Made by a program: the position numbers and the translations under genes
In this document: positions 54,557 to 64,000 of the stretch, in pieces
Position numbering within the stretch: the stretch's first letter is position 1
Layout of the letters: each line of letters starts with the position of its first letter
From: Candidatus Woesearchaeota archaeon
GTDB taxonomy: Archaea; Nanobdellota; Nanobdellia; SCGC-AAA011-G17; JACPIM01
DNA: 64,000 nt
Direction of reading: 5' to 3'
Assembly (NCBI GenBank): GCA_964513145.1
Contig: CAZELK010000002.1
Span: 1 to 64,000, forward strand
Notes under the pieces: generated by a model
Told to the model about the DNA's origin: nothing
The model's input: only the letters and a program-made list of their open reading frames with translations
Database searches by the model: none

Positions 54557-54851
54557 TGACAGAATCCTATAAAAATATATTATTAGATATAGCTGGCTTT
54601 ACTATTGTTTCATTTGGTATAAAAACAGAAGATGTTTTTACAACTATTTTTGGTTTATTAATTATTTTTTAGATATTAAATTCAAATTAAATGAGGTTGA
54701 AAATAAAATAGAAGATTTAAATATTAGAATAGAAGATTTAAATATTAGAATAGAAGATTTAAATATTAGAATAGATAACTATAAAGATATTGTAGAATTA
54801 AATCAAGAAATTAATCAAATAAAAAAAGGATTAGGTAAAAATAAAAAATGA
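54556..54851 (+). pseudogene. Frameshifted membrane/coiled-coil gene
   Basis: ATT TTT TAG at the T-run 54665-54670; the -1 frame continues LDIKFKLNEVENKIEDLNIR x3. Confidence 0.5.
54707..54775 (+). repeat. Tandem repeat, 21 bp x about 3.3 (IEDLNIR heptad)
   Basis: AATAGAAGATTTAAATATTAG repeated exactly three times. Confidence 0.95.
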
Positions 54852-54931
54852 TAAATAAATATGGAAAAAATAAATTAGATGCATCAACAATTCTAATAAT
54901 AATATTAATTATTGTTTTTTTATATTTCCTA

Positions 54932-55351
54932 TTACACAATAAAGGATTTATCTAAAAAGTATTTTTCAAAATTCTCACAAGGTTCATTTAACCAGGAAGG
55001 TATTTTTTCTTTTTGATTTAAGTTAGTCCATATAAACTCAGTGTGTTCTTCACTTAATTTTATAGTATTTGTAATTGGCTTGCAAAAAAATATCAGCATA
55101 ATTATTTTTTGACCATCATCTCTTATAAAATGCTGAACTTGTGAGGGAGAAATAATATTAATATCCAACCCAGTTTCTTCTTTAGTTTCTCTTTTTAATC
55201 CAATAAAAGGGTCTTCACCTAGTTCTAATCTTCCACCAGGAATATCCCAAGCTCCAGGTTTGTGAACATCATTGGTTCTTCTCCTAATTAAAAGAACATT
55301 TCCTTTATTATCAACAATAAATGATTTTACAGCTATTCTAAAATTCTCCAT
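54932..55351 (-). CDS. NUDIX hydrolase
   Basis: PGGRLELGEDPFIGLKRETKEETG. Confidence 0.93.
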   Translation of the reverse strand: MENFRIAVKSFIVDNKGNVLLIRRRTNDVHKPGAWDIPGGRLELGEDPFIGLKRETKEETGLDINIISPSQVQHFIRDDGQKIIMLIFFCKPITNTIKLSEEHTEFIWTNLNQKEKIPSWLNEPCENFEKYFLDKSFIV

Positions 55352-55358
55352 TTTCCAG

Positions 55359-55880
55359 TCATTTTTCTTTTTTTAATTTATCAAATAAAATCCAAAATTG
55401 ATTTATAATTTCACCACTTAATCTAAAATTATGTGAAGTCATCTCTGTAATCAAAAACTGAACTTCTTTTTCTGTAATAAACTTTTTCTTAAAAGCGAGT
55501 AATAAAACCCTTAAAGACCCACCTGAATTTAACCCATATAATTTAGCTACCTTTCGTGCGGTTTTATCGTCAGTTAACAATTCATCATGTTCCTGTAAAG
55601 CTAAAGCAATAGATTGCGCTTCACCTTTGCCTAATTGATACGTTTTTCTTAAAGATTCAGATTTATCATTCCATTTATCTTCAAGTTTCTTAACAGTAAT
55701 AAATTTATTTTCAAGAAAATCCTTTACTAGAAAAGAATCCGGAGTATTATTTATAATTCCGTTCCGAACTACTTCTTTGTATACTGCTTCAGAAATAAGT
55801 AAGTTCGAGAAAACTCTTTTTAGTAAACCTAATTTATTCAATTTACCAAAGATAATTAATGAAGTAGAATCACAGATCAT
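55359..55880 (-). CDS. PIN-domain toxin (DUF3368-like)
   Basis: ICDSTSLI, GEAQSIALA, LLTDDKTAR, GSLRVL. Confidence 0.85.
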   Translation of the reverse strand: MICDSTSLIIFGKLNKLGLLKRVFSNLLISEAVYKEVVRNGIINNTPDSFLVKDFLENKFITVKKLEDKWNDKSESLRKTYQLGKGEAQSIALALQEHDELLTDDKTARKVAKLYGLNSGGSLRVLLLAFKKKFITEKEVQFLITEMTSHNFRLSGEIINQFWILFDKLKKEK

Positions 55881-56173
55881 AAGCCTTCAAAATCTTCGAT
55901 CAATTCTTCCTTTGAGTAATGAAATAACAATCCTTTTTCTTTTAGGATATCCATAAATCTTGTTAAAGGTATTTCAGCTAATTCCGCAGCTTTCCCAATG
56001 CTTATTTCTTCTTTTTGGTATTTCTCTAAGGCAATTTCTAATTTTTTATTTTTAATGCCTATTTCTAATACATCCCTAAGTACATCTGATTTGGAGATTT
56101 TTTCTTGTTTGGATATCTGGTCTATTTCTTTAAGATTTTTTTCAGGTATTCTTACTGATATTGTTTCTGCCAT
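55877..56173 (-). CDS. UPF0175 family antitoxin with N-terminal RHH
   Basis: ETISVRIP; YQKEEISIGKAAELA. Confidence 0.85.
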   Translation of the reverse strand: MAETISVRIPEKNLKEIDQISKQEKISKSDVLRDVLEIGIKNKKLEIALEKYQKEEISIGKAAELAEIPLTRFMDILKEKGLLFHYSKEELIEDFEGL

Positions 56174-56269
56174 AATGTATACATATGTAGCAAGATGTAT
56201 ATAAATATTTTGTTTCACAAAAAATTTGTAAATAATTAACAATATTTGCAGATTTGCGGTTCTTTTTTC

Positions 56270-56692
56270 TTAACAATTCTTTTTTTGGATTTCACAACTT
56301 TTTTTGGTTTTGCCATTTTCATTCCTACTTTGATAAACTGACCAGACAATATCAGATACAGGCTTTAAAGATTCAAATACATTTTCTCCATAAAAATAAC
56401 AAAGTGCTTCTTCTATTAATTCCCTGCCTTCTTCATTTAAATAAAAATATCTTCCTATCGGTGCAAATTTCAATAACCCGGAATTCAATATATCTCTTTC
56501 AAAATTAGTATCGCTATTTATATTAAAAAGATTAAGAAAATCGCTGAGATCAGGATAATTAGTTCCTACATTTTTTAAAGTATTAATTAGATCGTCCTCT
56601 GTAAATATTTTACTGTCTCCTTCTCTTAAAAGAATTGCGCCCAATACCTTGTCAACTGGATTAATTCTTCCAACTTCTTCTGGAATTTTCAT
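56270..56692 (-). CDS. Hypothetical protein
   Basis: 140-aa ORF. Confidence 0.55.
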   Translation of the reverse strand: MKIPEEVGRINPVDKVLGAILLREGDSKIFTEDDLINTLKNVGTNYPDLSDFLNLFNINSDTNFERDILNSGLLKFAPIGRYFYLNEEGRELIEEALCYFYGENVFESLKPVSDIVWSVYQSRNENGKTKKSCEIQKKNC

Positions 56693-56759
56693 GATAAATA
56701 CTTAATAACTACAATTTATATCTTTTTTGATTAAATAAATTTAGTAAATAGAATATATA

Positions 56760-56960
56760 TTATAAATAATCTAAAGCTTCATCTATAGATTCAAAATCAT
56801 CATCACTATTTTGTATATCTTTATTCTCTTCTGTTGATTTTTGTTCAGATGGACTTTCAGTAAGCGTTTCAGTTGTTTTTTCTTTGGTGGCAAAATAATA
56901 AACCAGTCCAATAATTAAAATCACTGCAACAATTAAAGAAATAATTTTTGAAGTTTTCAT
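56760..56960 (-). CDS. Small membrane-anchored acidic protein
   Basis: One TM helix then an acidic tail. Confidence 0.55.
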   Translation of the reverse strand: MKTSKIISLIVAVILIIGLVYYFATKEKTTETLTESPSEQKSTEENKDIQNSDDDFESIDEALDYL

Positions 56961-57586
56961 TTTAAGCCAGCATCCTTCCATATATTCTTAAGCTGTTCTA
57001 ATAAGGGTTTTATTTCATTTTTCGACTTATCTAAAAATAATTTCTCTTTAATTTGTATTATAATGTCAATTATTTGTGCAGATTTTTGAGTATCTAATTT
57101 TCCTTGTTCATTTGCTTCTTCAACTCTTTCTTGTAAATCATATAGTAAAAATACAACATAATTTCTCAATGCTCCTTTGTTGTTTGCTTTCGCTTCATTT
57201 TCTAAATTTCCTTTTCCAATAAATCCAGCTATTCTTTTGAAACACTGGTCTTTTTGAACGCCATTTAAATCATAACAAGAATTAACTTTGTTGTACAAAG
57301 CCTGGCAATTGGAAGGATTAGGCAAAACTCTGCAAGATTCTTCAACACTTGATGTATCCAAACCTTTCTTTTCTAATCTGCATTTAACTCTTTCAAGACG
57401 AATATTAAAATTTTCACAAGTTTCTTTATCTGCTTCTTTTGCTGATCTTGAGTTAAATTCATCGGGGTCATCAGTAAAGCCGCTAGGAACATCATCATTA
57501 GAACCTCCGCCACCCCCGCCGCCAGCTCCATTAACTAAGGAAATCATCAATATACATATAAAAAATAAAACAAACAATTTTTTCAT
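56957..57586 (-). CDS. Secreted protein with Gly run and Cys pairs
   Basis: Signal peptide, GAGGGGGGS linker. Confidence 0.65.
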   Translation of the reverse strand: MKKLFVLFFICILMISLVNGAGGGGGGGSNDDVPSGFTDDPDEFNSRSAKEADKETCENFNIRLERVKCRLEKKGLDTSSVEESCRVLPNPSNCQALYNKVNSCYDLNGVQKDQCFKRIAGFIGKGNLENEAKANNKGALRNYVVFLLYDLQERVEEANEQGKLDTQKSAQIIDIIIQIKEKLFLDKSKNEIKPLLEQLKNIWKDAGLK

Positions 57587-57704
57587 GTAGTTATTGTAAT
57601 TTAAAAGTTTATAAATTTTAGGAAGAAAGTTATTTAAATATTGATTAAAACTGTTAAAATATGAATTTGGAAGGAAACTATAATTTTAAAGAAGCTGAAA
57701 AAAA

Positions 57705-60089
57705 ATGACAAAACTAGAAATAAAGCAATGGACAAAAGAATTAGAGAAACCAATATATGAATTATGGAAAAAAGAAAATGTGTATAAGTTTAATAAAAAT
57801 TCTAATAAAAAAATTTATTCAATAGATACTCCTCCTCCTTATATTAATACTCCAATTCACATAGGGCAAGCCACAACTTATGTTCTTATGGATATGTTTG
57901 CTCGTTTTAGAAGAATGACTGGGCAAGAAGTTCTATTTCCCCTGGGATTAGATAAAAATGGACTACCAATAGAAATAGCAACTGAAAAAAAATTTAATAT
58001 AAAATTAACAGAAACCTCCAGAGAAAAGTTTCTAGAATTATGCAAGAAATTGCTAGATGAAGCTGGAACAGCAACTATAGATTCTTTTTTAAAACTTGGA
58101 ATTAGTTTTAATTCTTTTGAAAAAGGGGAAAAAGTTGGAGAAATATATGAAACAGATTCAGAAAATTATAGGGCTTTAACTCAAAATACATTTATTGATT
58201 TATGGAATAAAGGTTTAATTTATGAAGATGAAAGAATAAATAATTGGGATCCAAAATTACAAACAACATTGGCAGATTCAGAAATAAATTATGAAGATAT
58301 TCCAACTTTATTTAACGAAATAAAATTTAAAGTTAAAGAAATAAATGAAGAAATAATAATCGGCACTACAAGACCAGAGCTTATTTGCACTTGTGCAACA
58401 ATAATTTATAATCCCGAAGACAAAAGATATAAACATCTAAAAAATAAAACTGCAATTACACCAATTTATAATAAAGAAATAAAAATAATTCCCCATCCTT
58501 TAGCACAAATAGACAAAGGAACTGGCTTAGTTATGATGTGTTCTGCTGGAGATTTATCTGATATTAGATTCTTCAGAGAAATGAATTTAGATCCAGTTAT
58601 AGCAATTGAAAAAGATGGAAAAATGAATCATCATTCTGGTTTTTTAAAAGGTCTAAAAGTAAAAGAAGCAAGAGAAAAAATAATTGAAGAATTAAATAAT
58701 AAAAACTTATTAATAAAACAAACTAATATTTCTCACAGAACTCCAATTTCAGAACGTAGTGGAGCAGAAATTGAATTCATTTCTATGAAAGAGTTTTATT
58801 TAAAACAAATAGATTTTAAGGGTAAGATGAAAGAAATTGCTAATAAAATTAATTTTTTTTCTGATGAATCTAAAAATATTTTATTAAATTGGATAGAAGC
58901 CATATCTATAGATTGGCCTATTTCAAGAAGAAGATATTATGCTACAGAAATTCCGTTATGGTACTGTCAAAATTGTTCTGAAGTCATTATACCTCCAAAA
59001 GGAAAATACTATCAACCATGGAAATCAGACCCACCAATAAAAGAATGTCCTAAATGTAAATCGAAAAAATTCAGTGGCGAAACTAGGGTTTTTGACACTT
59101 GGTTTGATTCGTCAATATCACCACTATATATTTTAATGTATGAAAGAGACAATGAGTTTTTTAAAAAAGCATTTCCTTGTACACTAAGACCATCAGGAAA
59201 AGAAATAGTGAGAACTTGGGGATATTACACTCTTTTACGTTGTTATCAATTAACTAATAAAGTAATTTTCAAAGACCATTGGGTTAATTATCATATAGTA
59301 GATGAAAGTGGGCGTAAAATGTCAAAATCTTTAGGCAATGTAATTGATCCAAAAATAATTCTTGATAAATTTGGAGCAGAACCATTTAGATTATGGGCAG
59401 CAATAGAAGGGAATTTAGAAAAAATTGATTTTAAATGTTCATTAGAAAGAATAGAAGGAGCAGGTAAAACAATTACAAAATTATTAAATGCATCAAAGTT
59501 TATTTTTTTATTTAATGAAGTTAAAAAACCAAAAAAATTAGAAACTTTAGATAGTTTAATAATAAATGAAATAAATAAAATAATTAAATTTGCTAGAGAA
59601 AATTATGAAATATATGATTTTCATAATCCGGCAATAAAATTAAAAAATTTCTTATGGGAATTATTTGCATCTCATTATATTGAATTAGTAAAGGCACGAG
59701 CCTATAATCAAGATAAAAAATTCACTAGAGAACAGCAAGATTCAGCTATTTTCACTTTATACCTTTGTTTGGATAAAATATTAAAGGTTTTAGCACCCAT
59801 AAATCCACTTATAACTTATAGAATATATAAAGATTGGAAAAACAAAGATATACATTTAGAAGAATTTCCAGATATTGAAAAAGTAGAAAAAATTGATTTC
59901 AATATTGAAGAAATGATGGAATTAAATAGGCAAATTTGGAATTTTAAAAAATCAAATAATAAATCATTAAATACTGAACTATCAAAGGCTATAATTCCAA
60001 AAAAATTCAAAATAATAGAAAATGATTTAGTAAATACTCATAAAATAAAAATATTCGAATTTGGTAAGGAATTAAAAATAGAGCTATAA
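57705..60089 (+). CDS. valS: Valyl-tRNA synthetase
   Basis: DTPPPY...HIGQ, GTGLVMMC, DWPISRRR, DTWFDSS, KMSKS. Confidence 0.95.
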   Translation: MTKLEIKQWTKELEKPIYELWKKENVYKFNKNSNKKIYSIDTPPPYINTPIHIGQATTYVLMDMFARFRRMTGQEVLFPLGLDKNGLPIEIATEKKFNIKLTETSREKFLELCKKLLDEAGTATIDSFLKLGISFNSFEKGEKVGEIYETDSENYRALTQNTFIDLWNKGLIYEDERINNWDPKLQTTLADSEINYEDIPTLFNEIKFKVKEINEEIIIGTTRPELICTCATIIYNPEDKRYKHLKNKTAITPIYNKEIKIIPHPLAQIDKGTGLVMMCSAGDLSDIRFFREMNLDPVIAIEKDGKMNHHSGFLKGLKVKEAREKIIEELNNKNLLIKQTNISHRTPISERSGAEIEFISMKEFYLKQIDFKGKMKEIANKINFFSDESKNILLNWIEAISIDWPISRRRYYATEIPLWYCQNCSEVIIPPKGKYYQPWKSDPPIKECPKCKSKKFSGETRVFDTWFDSSISPLYILMYERDNEFFKKAFPCTLRPSGKEIVRTWGYYTLLRCYQLTNKVIFKDHWVNYHIVDESGRKMSKSLGNVIDPKIILDKFGAEPFRLWAAIEGNLEKIDFKCSLERIEGAGKTITKLLNASKFIFLFNEVKKPKKLETLDSLIINEINKIIKFARENYEIYDFHNPAIKLKNFLWELFASHYIELVKARAYNQDKKFTREQQDSAIFTLYLCLDKILKVLAPINPLITYRIYKDWKNKDIHLEEFPDIEKVEKIDFNIEEMMELNRQIWNFKKSNNKSLNTELSKAIIPKKFKIIENDLVNTHKIKIFEFGKELKIEL

Positions 60090-60094
60090 AGAAG

Positions 60095-62704
60095 ATGGAC
60101 TTAAAAACAAAACAAAAATTAAAGAAATTTATAGCAAACTTGTCAATAGTCAGGGGAAGGCATACTGAGTTGGTTTCTGTTTATGTTCCAGCTGGATACG
60201 ATTTAAATAAAATTATTAATCATTTGCAGCAGGAGCAGGGAACAGCATCCAACATAAAAGATGCAAGAACAAGGGCAAATGTAACAGATAGTCTGGAAAG
60301 AATGATCAAGCACCTAAGATTATTTAAAAGAACTCCTGAAAACGGCTTGGCTGTATTTGCCGGTGATATTTCTCAGGCAGAAAATAAAATTGATATTCAA
60401 GTTTTTAGTATTGAACCGCCAGAGCCATTAAAAGTAAAAATTTACAGGTGCGATCAGACATTTTATTTAGATTTAATTAAAGACATGATGGAGCATAAAG
60501 AAGTTTACGGTCTTATAACTATGGACAAAAGAGAATGCAGCATTGGTTATTTACAAGGCACTTACATAAAATTAGCACATAATTTAACATCTGGTGTTCC
60601 TGGGAAAATGCGTGCCGGAGGGCAGTGCTTATTACCAGACACACTAATACAATCTGCGGAAGGCGATATTTTTGAAATTGAAAAAAGTCACAATCCTCAT
60701 GTTTTAGTTGGCTGTGAAATAGATAAATTATCAGCTAAGAATACGCCAATCACAGATAAATGGAATACTAAAAAAAATACAATTTACAAAATAATAACAA
60801 AATATCCAAGAATAGAATTAGAATGTTCAAAAGATCACGTATTTTTTGTGAGAGAAGATAAATTAGTTGAAAAAGCAGCTGAAGAACTTAAAGAAGGCGA
60901 TTTTTTAATAATGCCTGAACAAATTAATATTAAAGGTAAAGAAATCCACTTTAATCCAATAAAATATTATAATATACTTTATTTAACAAAAGAAGGTAGA
61001 GATTTAATTAAGAATTTAAGAGAAGAAAAGAAACTATATCAAAAGCAATTAGCAAAAGAAATAGGTGTAACTCAAACAGCAATTTCAATAATCGAATTAG
61101 GCAAAGAAGGAATAAGAGCTAATTTCTTGCAAAGATTATGTCAAAAATTACAGATTAATTTTGAGGAATTTATAAATAATTATACTTCTCATAAATCAAC
61201 TATAAAACTTCCAGAGAGATTAGATGAGAAACTTGCACAAATTACTGGATATTTTTTAGGTGATGGAAACTATGAAGAAGAAAGAATCTGTTTTTCAGAA
61301 GAAAGAAAAGACGTTGCAGAATATTATAGTAATTTATTAAAAAATTACTTTCGTGCAAAGGTCAGTTTAAAATATAGAGAGAAAAAGCATTATTGGTTAA
61401 TAAGAGCCAACGGAAAACCAATAGTGAGATTTTTAAAAAATGAATTTCCAGAATTAAGAAATAATGATATAAATACAATTCCAAAGAAAATACTTGAATC
61501 AGATAATAAAATAGTTGCTGCTTTTTTAAATGGTCTTTTTGACGCCGAAGGGTATCCAAGTTCTTCTCGATCAGTCAGCCTTGGGATGAATAATAAAAGA
61601 TTAATTCAACAACTACAAATGCTTTTGTTAAGATTTAGCATAATTTCCTCATTTATTGAAAATGATAATAAACATAATCCTTATACTAAAAATCATTGTT
61701 TTATTGTAGATATTACAGAAAAAGAGTCAATAAAATTATTCAAGGAGAATATCGGTTTTACAGCTATAGGAAAATGTAAAAATCTAAATGAAATAATAAA
61801 CCTAAGAAAAAACAAAAAAGAATTAAGTAGAGTAAGAAGAATTTTGATGTCTGGGAAAAAAGTTCGAGAGATTATAGAAGAGTTCGGTTATAATATAGAA
61901 TTATTCCCTAAAGTTTCAGGATTTTTTATTGATAAAAGAATGATAAGCAAAAAAGTGTTCTATAAATCAATTTTAAAAGAAGTAGAAAATAAAGATAAAA
62001 AATTATATAATAAATTATTTGAAATTTACAAAGCGAATATTCTCCCAGTTAAAATTAAATCAATAGAAGTAACAAATAAATCAGTAAAAATGGTTGATAT
62101 CTCAACGCAACAAGGTAATTTTATAGCAAATTGTTTAATAGTCCATAACTCTGCAAATCGTTTCGCAAGATTAAGGGAAGAAGCTGCTAAAGAATTTTAT
62201 AACAGAATAAGTGAAATTGTAAATAAAGAATTTTTGGGCAGACAAGAAATAAAAGGAATTATAATAGGTGGTCCAGGCCATACAAAGGAAGAGTTGCTAG
62301 AGTATCTAAATAATGAAATCAGGAAAAAAGTAATTGGCACTAAGGATATTACTTACACAGATGAATCTGGTCTTCATGATTTAGTTGAAAAATCTCAAGA
62401 TATTTTAGCAAATGAAATTGTTATGCAGGAAAAGGCATTGATGGCTCGATTCTTCGATACCTTAGGAAAAACTCCAAATAAAATTGTTTATGGTATAAAC
62501 GAAGTTAGACATGCCCTGGAATTATCTGCAGTCGACATAGTTCTTGCTAGTGAAGATTTAGATGATAAAACAATCGAGGAATTAGAAGAATCATGTATAA
62601 AAAGTGGCTGTAAGCTTCAGATAATATCTGTTGATACAAGGGAAGGAAAACAATTGAAAGATCTTGGTAGTGTTGGGGCTATTTTAAGATATGAGATTCA
62701 ATAA
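60095..62704 (+). CDS. prf1: Archaeal peptide chain release factor aRF1 with intein (361-aa extein)
   Basis: GTASNIKD, YRCD, GKMRAGGQ|...|SANRFARLR, GSVGAILRY. Confidence 0.96.
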   Translation: MDLKTKQKLKKFIANLSIVRGRHTELVSVYVPAGYDLNKIINHLQQEQGTASNIKDARTRANVTDSLERMIKHLRLFKRTPENGLAVFAGDISQAENKIDIQVFSIEPPEPLKVKIYRCDQTFYLDLIKDMMEHKEVYGLITMDKRECSIGYLQGTYIKLAHNLTSGVPGKMRAGGQCLLPDTLIQSAEGDIFEIEKSHNPHVLVGCEIDKLSAKNTPITDKWNTKKNTIYKIITKYPRIELECSKDHVFFVREDKLVEKAAEELKEGDFLIMPEQINIKGKEIHFNPIKYYNILYLTKEGRDLIKNLREEKKLYQKQLAKEIGVTQTAISIIELGKEGIRANFLQRLCQKLQINFEEFINNYTSHKSTIKLPERLDEKLAQITGYFLGDGNYEEERICFSEERKDVAEYYSNLLKNYFRAKVSLKYREKKHYWLIRANGKPIVRFLKNEFPELRNNDINTIPKKILESDNKIVAAFLNGLFDAEGYPSSSRSVSLGMNNKRLIQQLQMLLLRFSIISSFIENDNKHNPYTKNHCFIVDITEKESIKLFKENIGFTAIGKCKNLNEIINLRKNKKELSRVRRILMSGKKVREIIEEFGYNIELFPKVSGFFIDKRMISKKVFYKSILKEVENKDKKLYNKLFEIYKANILPVKIKSIEVTNKSVKMVDISTQQGNFIANCLIVHNSANRFARLREEAAKEFYNRISEIVNKEFLGRQEIKGIIIGGPGHTKEELLEYLNNEIRKKVIGTKDITYTDESGLHDLVEKSQDILANEIVMQEKALMARFFDTLGKTPNKIVYGINEVRHALELSAVDIVLASEDLDDKTIEELEESCIKSGCKLQIISVDTREGKQLKDLGSVGAILRYEIQ
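60626..62149 (+). mobile_element. aRF1 intein (508 aa; LAGLIDADG plus XRE HTH)
   Basis: GGQ|CLLPDT...IVHN|SANR; ITGYFLGDGN, FLNGLFDAEGY. Confidence 0.94.
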
Positions 62705-62705
62705 A

Positions 62706-63554
62706 TTATTTCTCTGCTTTTACAAGAATATATTCAATCAAACCTTTTTTAAAAGATTTTAGAACGAAATAATCAATAAAAAAACTTAGTTCTGTAAGAA
62801 TTAATCCCCTAATTTTCCTTAAGTCTTTTCTAACAACTTTTCGTCTTTGTTCATAATAATATCCAGGAATTACAGATTTTCCAACCTCTTTAATTATTAT
62901 ATTCTTAAATCCTGCTTGAACTAGTTTTTCTTTGTAAACTGTAACATCATAAACATTTGCTTTTGGCACATGCCAGAGTTTTCTCGCAGCTTTTATGACA
63001 AATTTTTCCCATAAGCTTTTAGGCTGTCTCTTAATAATATAATCAGAAAGACAAATAACTCCTTTCGGTTTGAGCACTCTATATGCTTCTAAAAAAAATT
63101 TCTCCCTAGTATCAAAATGTTCTGGTCCCTCAATACTTAAGACATTTGTAAAAGAATTATCTTTAAAAGGTAAATTTATTGCAGTTCCATGAAAAATTTG
63201 AATATCTTTAGTCATATTATTTTTTTCTATGCGCTCTTTAGCAATTTTTACATGATTCCAAGTAACATCTAAAGCAGTGATATTAGATCTAAAACTCTTT
63301 TGAAGAAATACATCTTGAGCACCCATGCCACAGGCAACATCGAGCAGTTTGCTCCTTTTATTTAAACCGAGCATTCTGCCTAAAGTTAGAATAAGATTTT
63401 CAGCAGCCTTTATATAATCATTATTACCTTGTTCCCATAACCCAAAATTTAAATAACCACCATGAAAATCTCCAAATTTTTCAACGCTATCGCCATAAAA
63501 ATGCTCAACTTGATATTCCTGAAGCCCTTTAGACCAATTAACTCTTTCGTCCAT
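62706..63554 (-). CDS. SAM methyltransferase (sterol/tocopherol-MT-like)
   Basis: YLNFGLW, LLDVACGMG, SIEGPEHF. Confidence 0.88.
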   Translation of the reverse strand: MDERVNWSKGLQEYQVEHFYGDSVEKFGDFHGGYLNFGLWEQGNNDYIKAAENLILTLGRMLGLNKRSKLLDVACGMGAQDVFLQKSFRSNITALDVTWNHVKIAKERIEKNNMTKDIQIFHGTAINLPFKDNSFTNVLSIEGPEHFDTREKFFLEAYRVLKPKGVICLSDYIIKRQPKSLWEKFVIKAARKLWHVPKANVYDVTVYKEKLVQAGFKNIIIKEVGKSVIPGYYYEQRRKVVRKDLRKIRGLILTELSFFIDYFVLKSFKKGLIEYILVKAEK

Positions 63555-63639
63555 AAAAAATTAAGATTAAATGAATTTTTAATACTTGCTAAATAAAAAA
63601 GTCATAAGGTTTAAAAATAATTAATAATATAAATTATAG

Positions 63640-64000
63640 ATGGAAAACCCAGAAGTAAAGCACAAAATAGAAGCAATACTGTTTACTCTGGGTAAATTCG
63701 TTTCTTTAGAAGAATTAGCCAGATACTGCGAAATAGGAAGCGTTGGTTTGGTAAAAGAAGCTATAGAAGAATTAAAAAAAGATTACCAAAATAAAAATTG
63801 TTCTTTGGAAATTCAGGAAAATGAAGGTAAAATAAAATTAAATATAAAAAAAGAATTTGGTTATTTGACAAATAAACTTCTTACAACAAATGAGCTCGAC
63901 AGTCCAACAACGAAAACATTGGCAATTATAGCGTATAAACAACCAGTAACTCAAAATGAAGTTATAAAAATTCGGGGAAATAAAGCTTATGATCATATAA
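63640..64000 (+). CDS. scpB: SMC-Scp complex subunit ScpB (truncated by window end)
   Basis: Manual translation: KIEAILFTLG...TLAIIAYKQPVTQNEVIKIRGNKAYDHI. Confidence 0.92.
   Translation, partial: MENPEVKHKIEAILFTLGKFVSLEELARYCEIGSVGLVKEAIEELKKDYQNKNCSLEIQENEGKIKLNIKKEFGYLTNKLLTTNELDSPTTKTLAIIAYKQPVTQNEVIKIRGNKAYDHI

Overview
Strongly AT-rich archaeal chromosomal segment. Gene content and protein style suggest a DPANN (Woesearchaeota/Nanoarchaeota-like) organism; this is an inference, not a database result. Core genes: PolB, FEN1, CDC48, RadB, TopA, Topo VI A/B, aIF-1A, aIF-2beta, MCM, TBP, CysRS, ValRS, aRF1, TYW1, Trm5-like, RlmE, MetAP and a partial ScpB. Accessory content: two copper/disulfide-redox clusters, about five toxin-antitoxin-like pairs, two solo PD-(D/E)XK nucleases and several SAM methyltransferases. 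Five inteins are present: three in CDC48, one in MCM and one directly after the catalytic GGQ of aRF1. The most unusual signals are non-coding. (1) tRNA-Ile(GAU) and tRNA-Phe(GAA) each carry a D-loop intron with a BHB motif, and both introns resemble a small palindromic repeat that also occurs free in intergenic DNA. (2) An unannotated ~195-nt pseudoknotted RNA candidate follows a TATA box and ends on the SD/start codon of a VKOR operon. (3) A TATATCA-N5-TGATATA operator links the copper genes to a PadR-TRASH regulator. (4) There is a 106-bp direct repeat and a 39-bp inverted repeat. An ArmA/Rmt-like rRNA methyltransferase homolog is also present. No CRISPR array, rRNA or transposase was seen.
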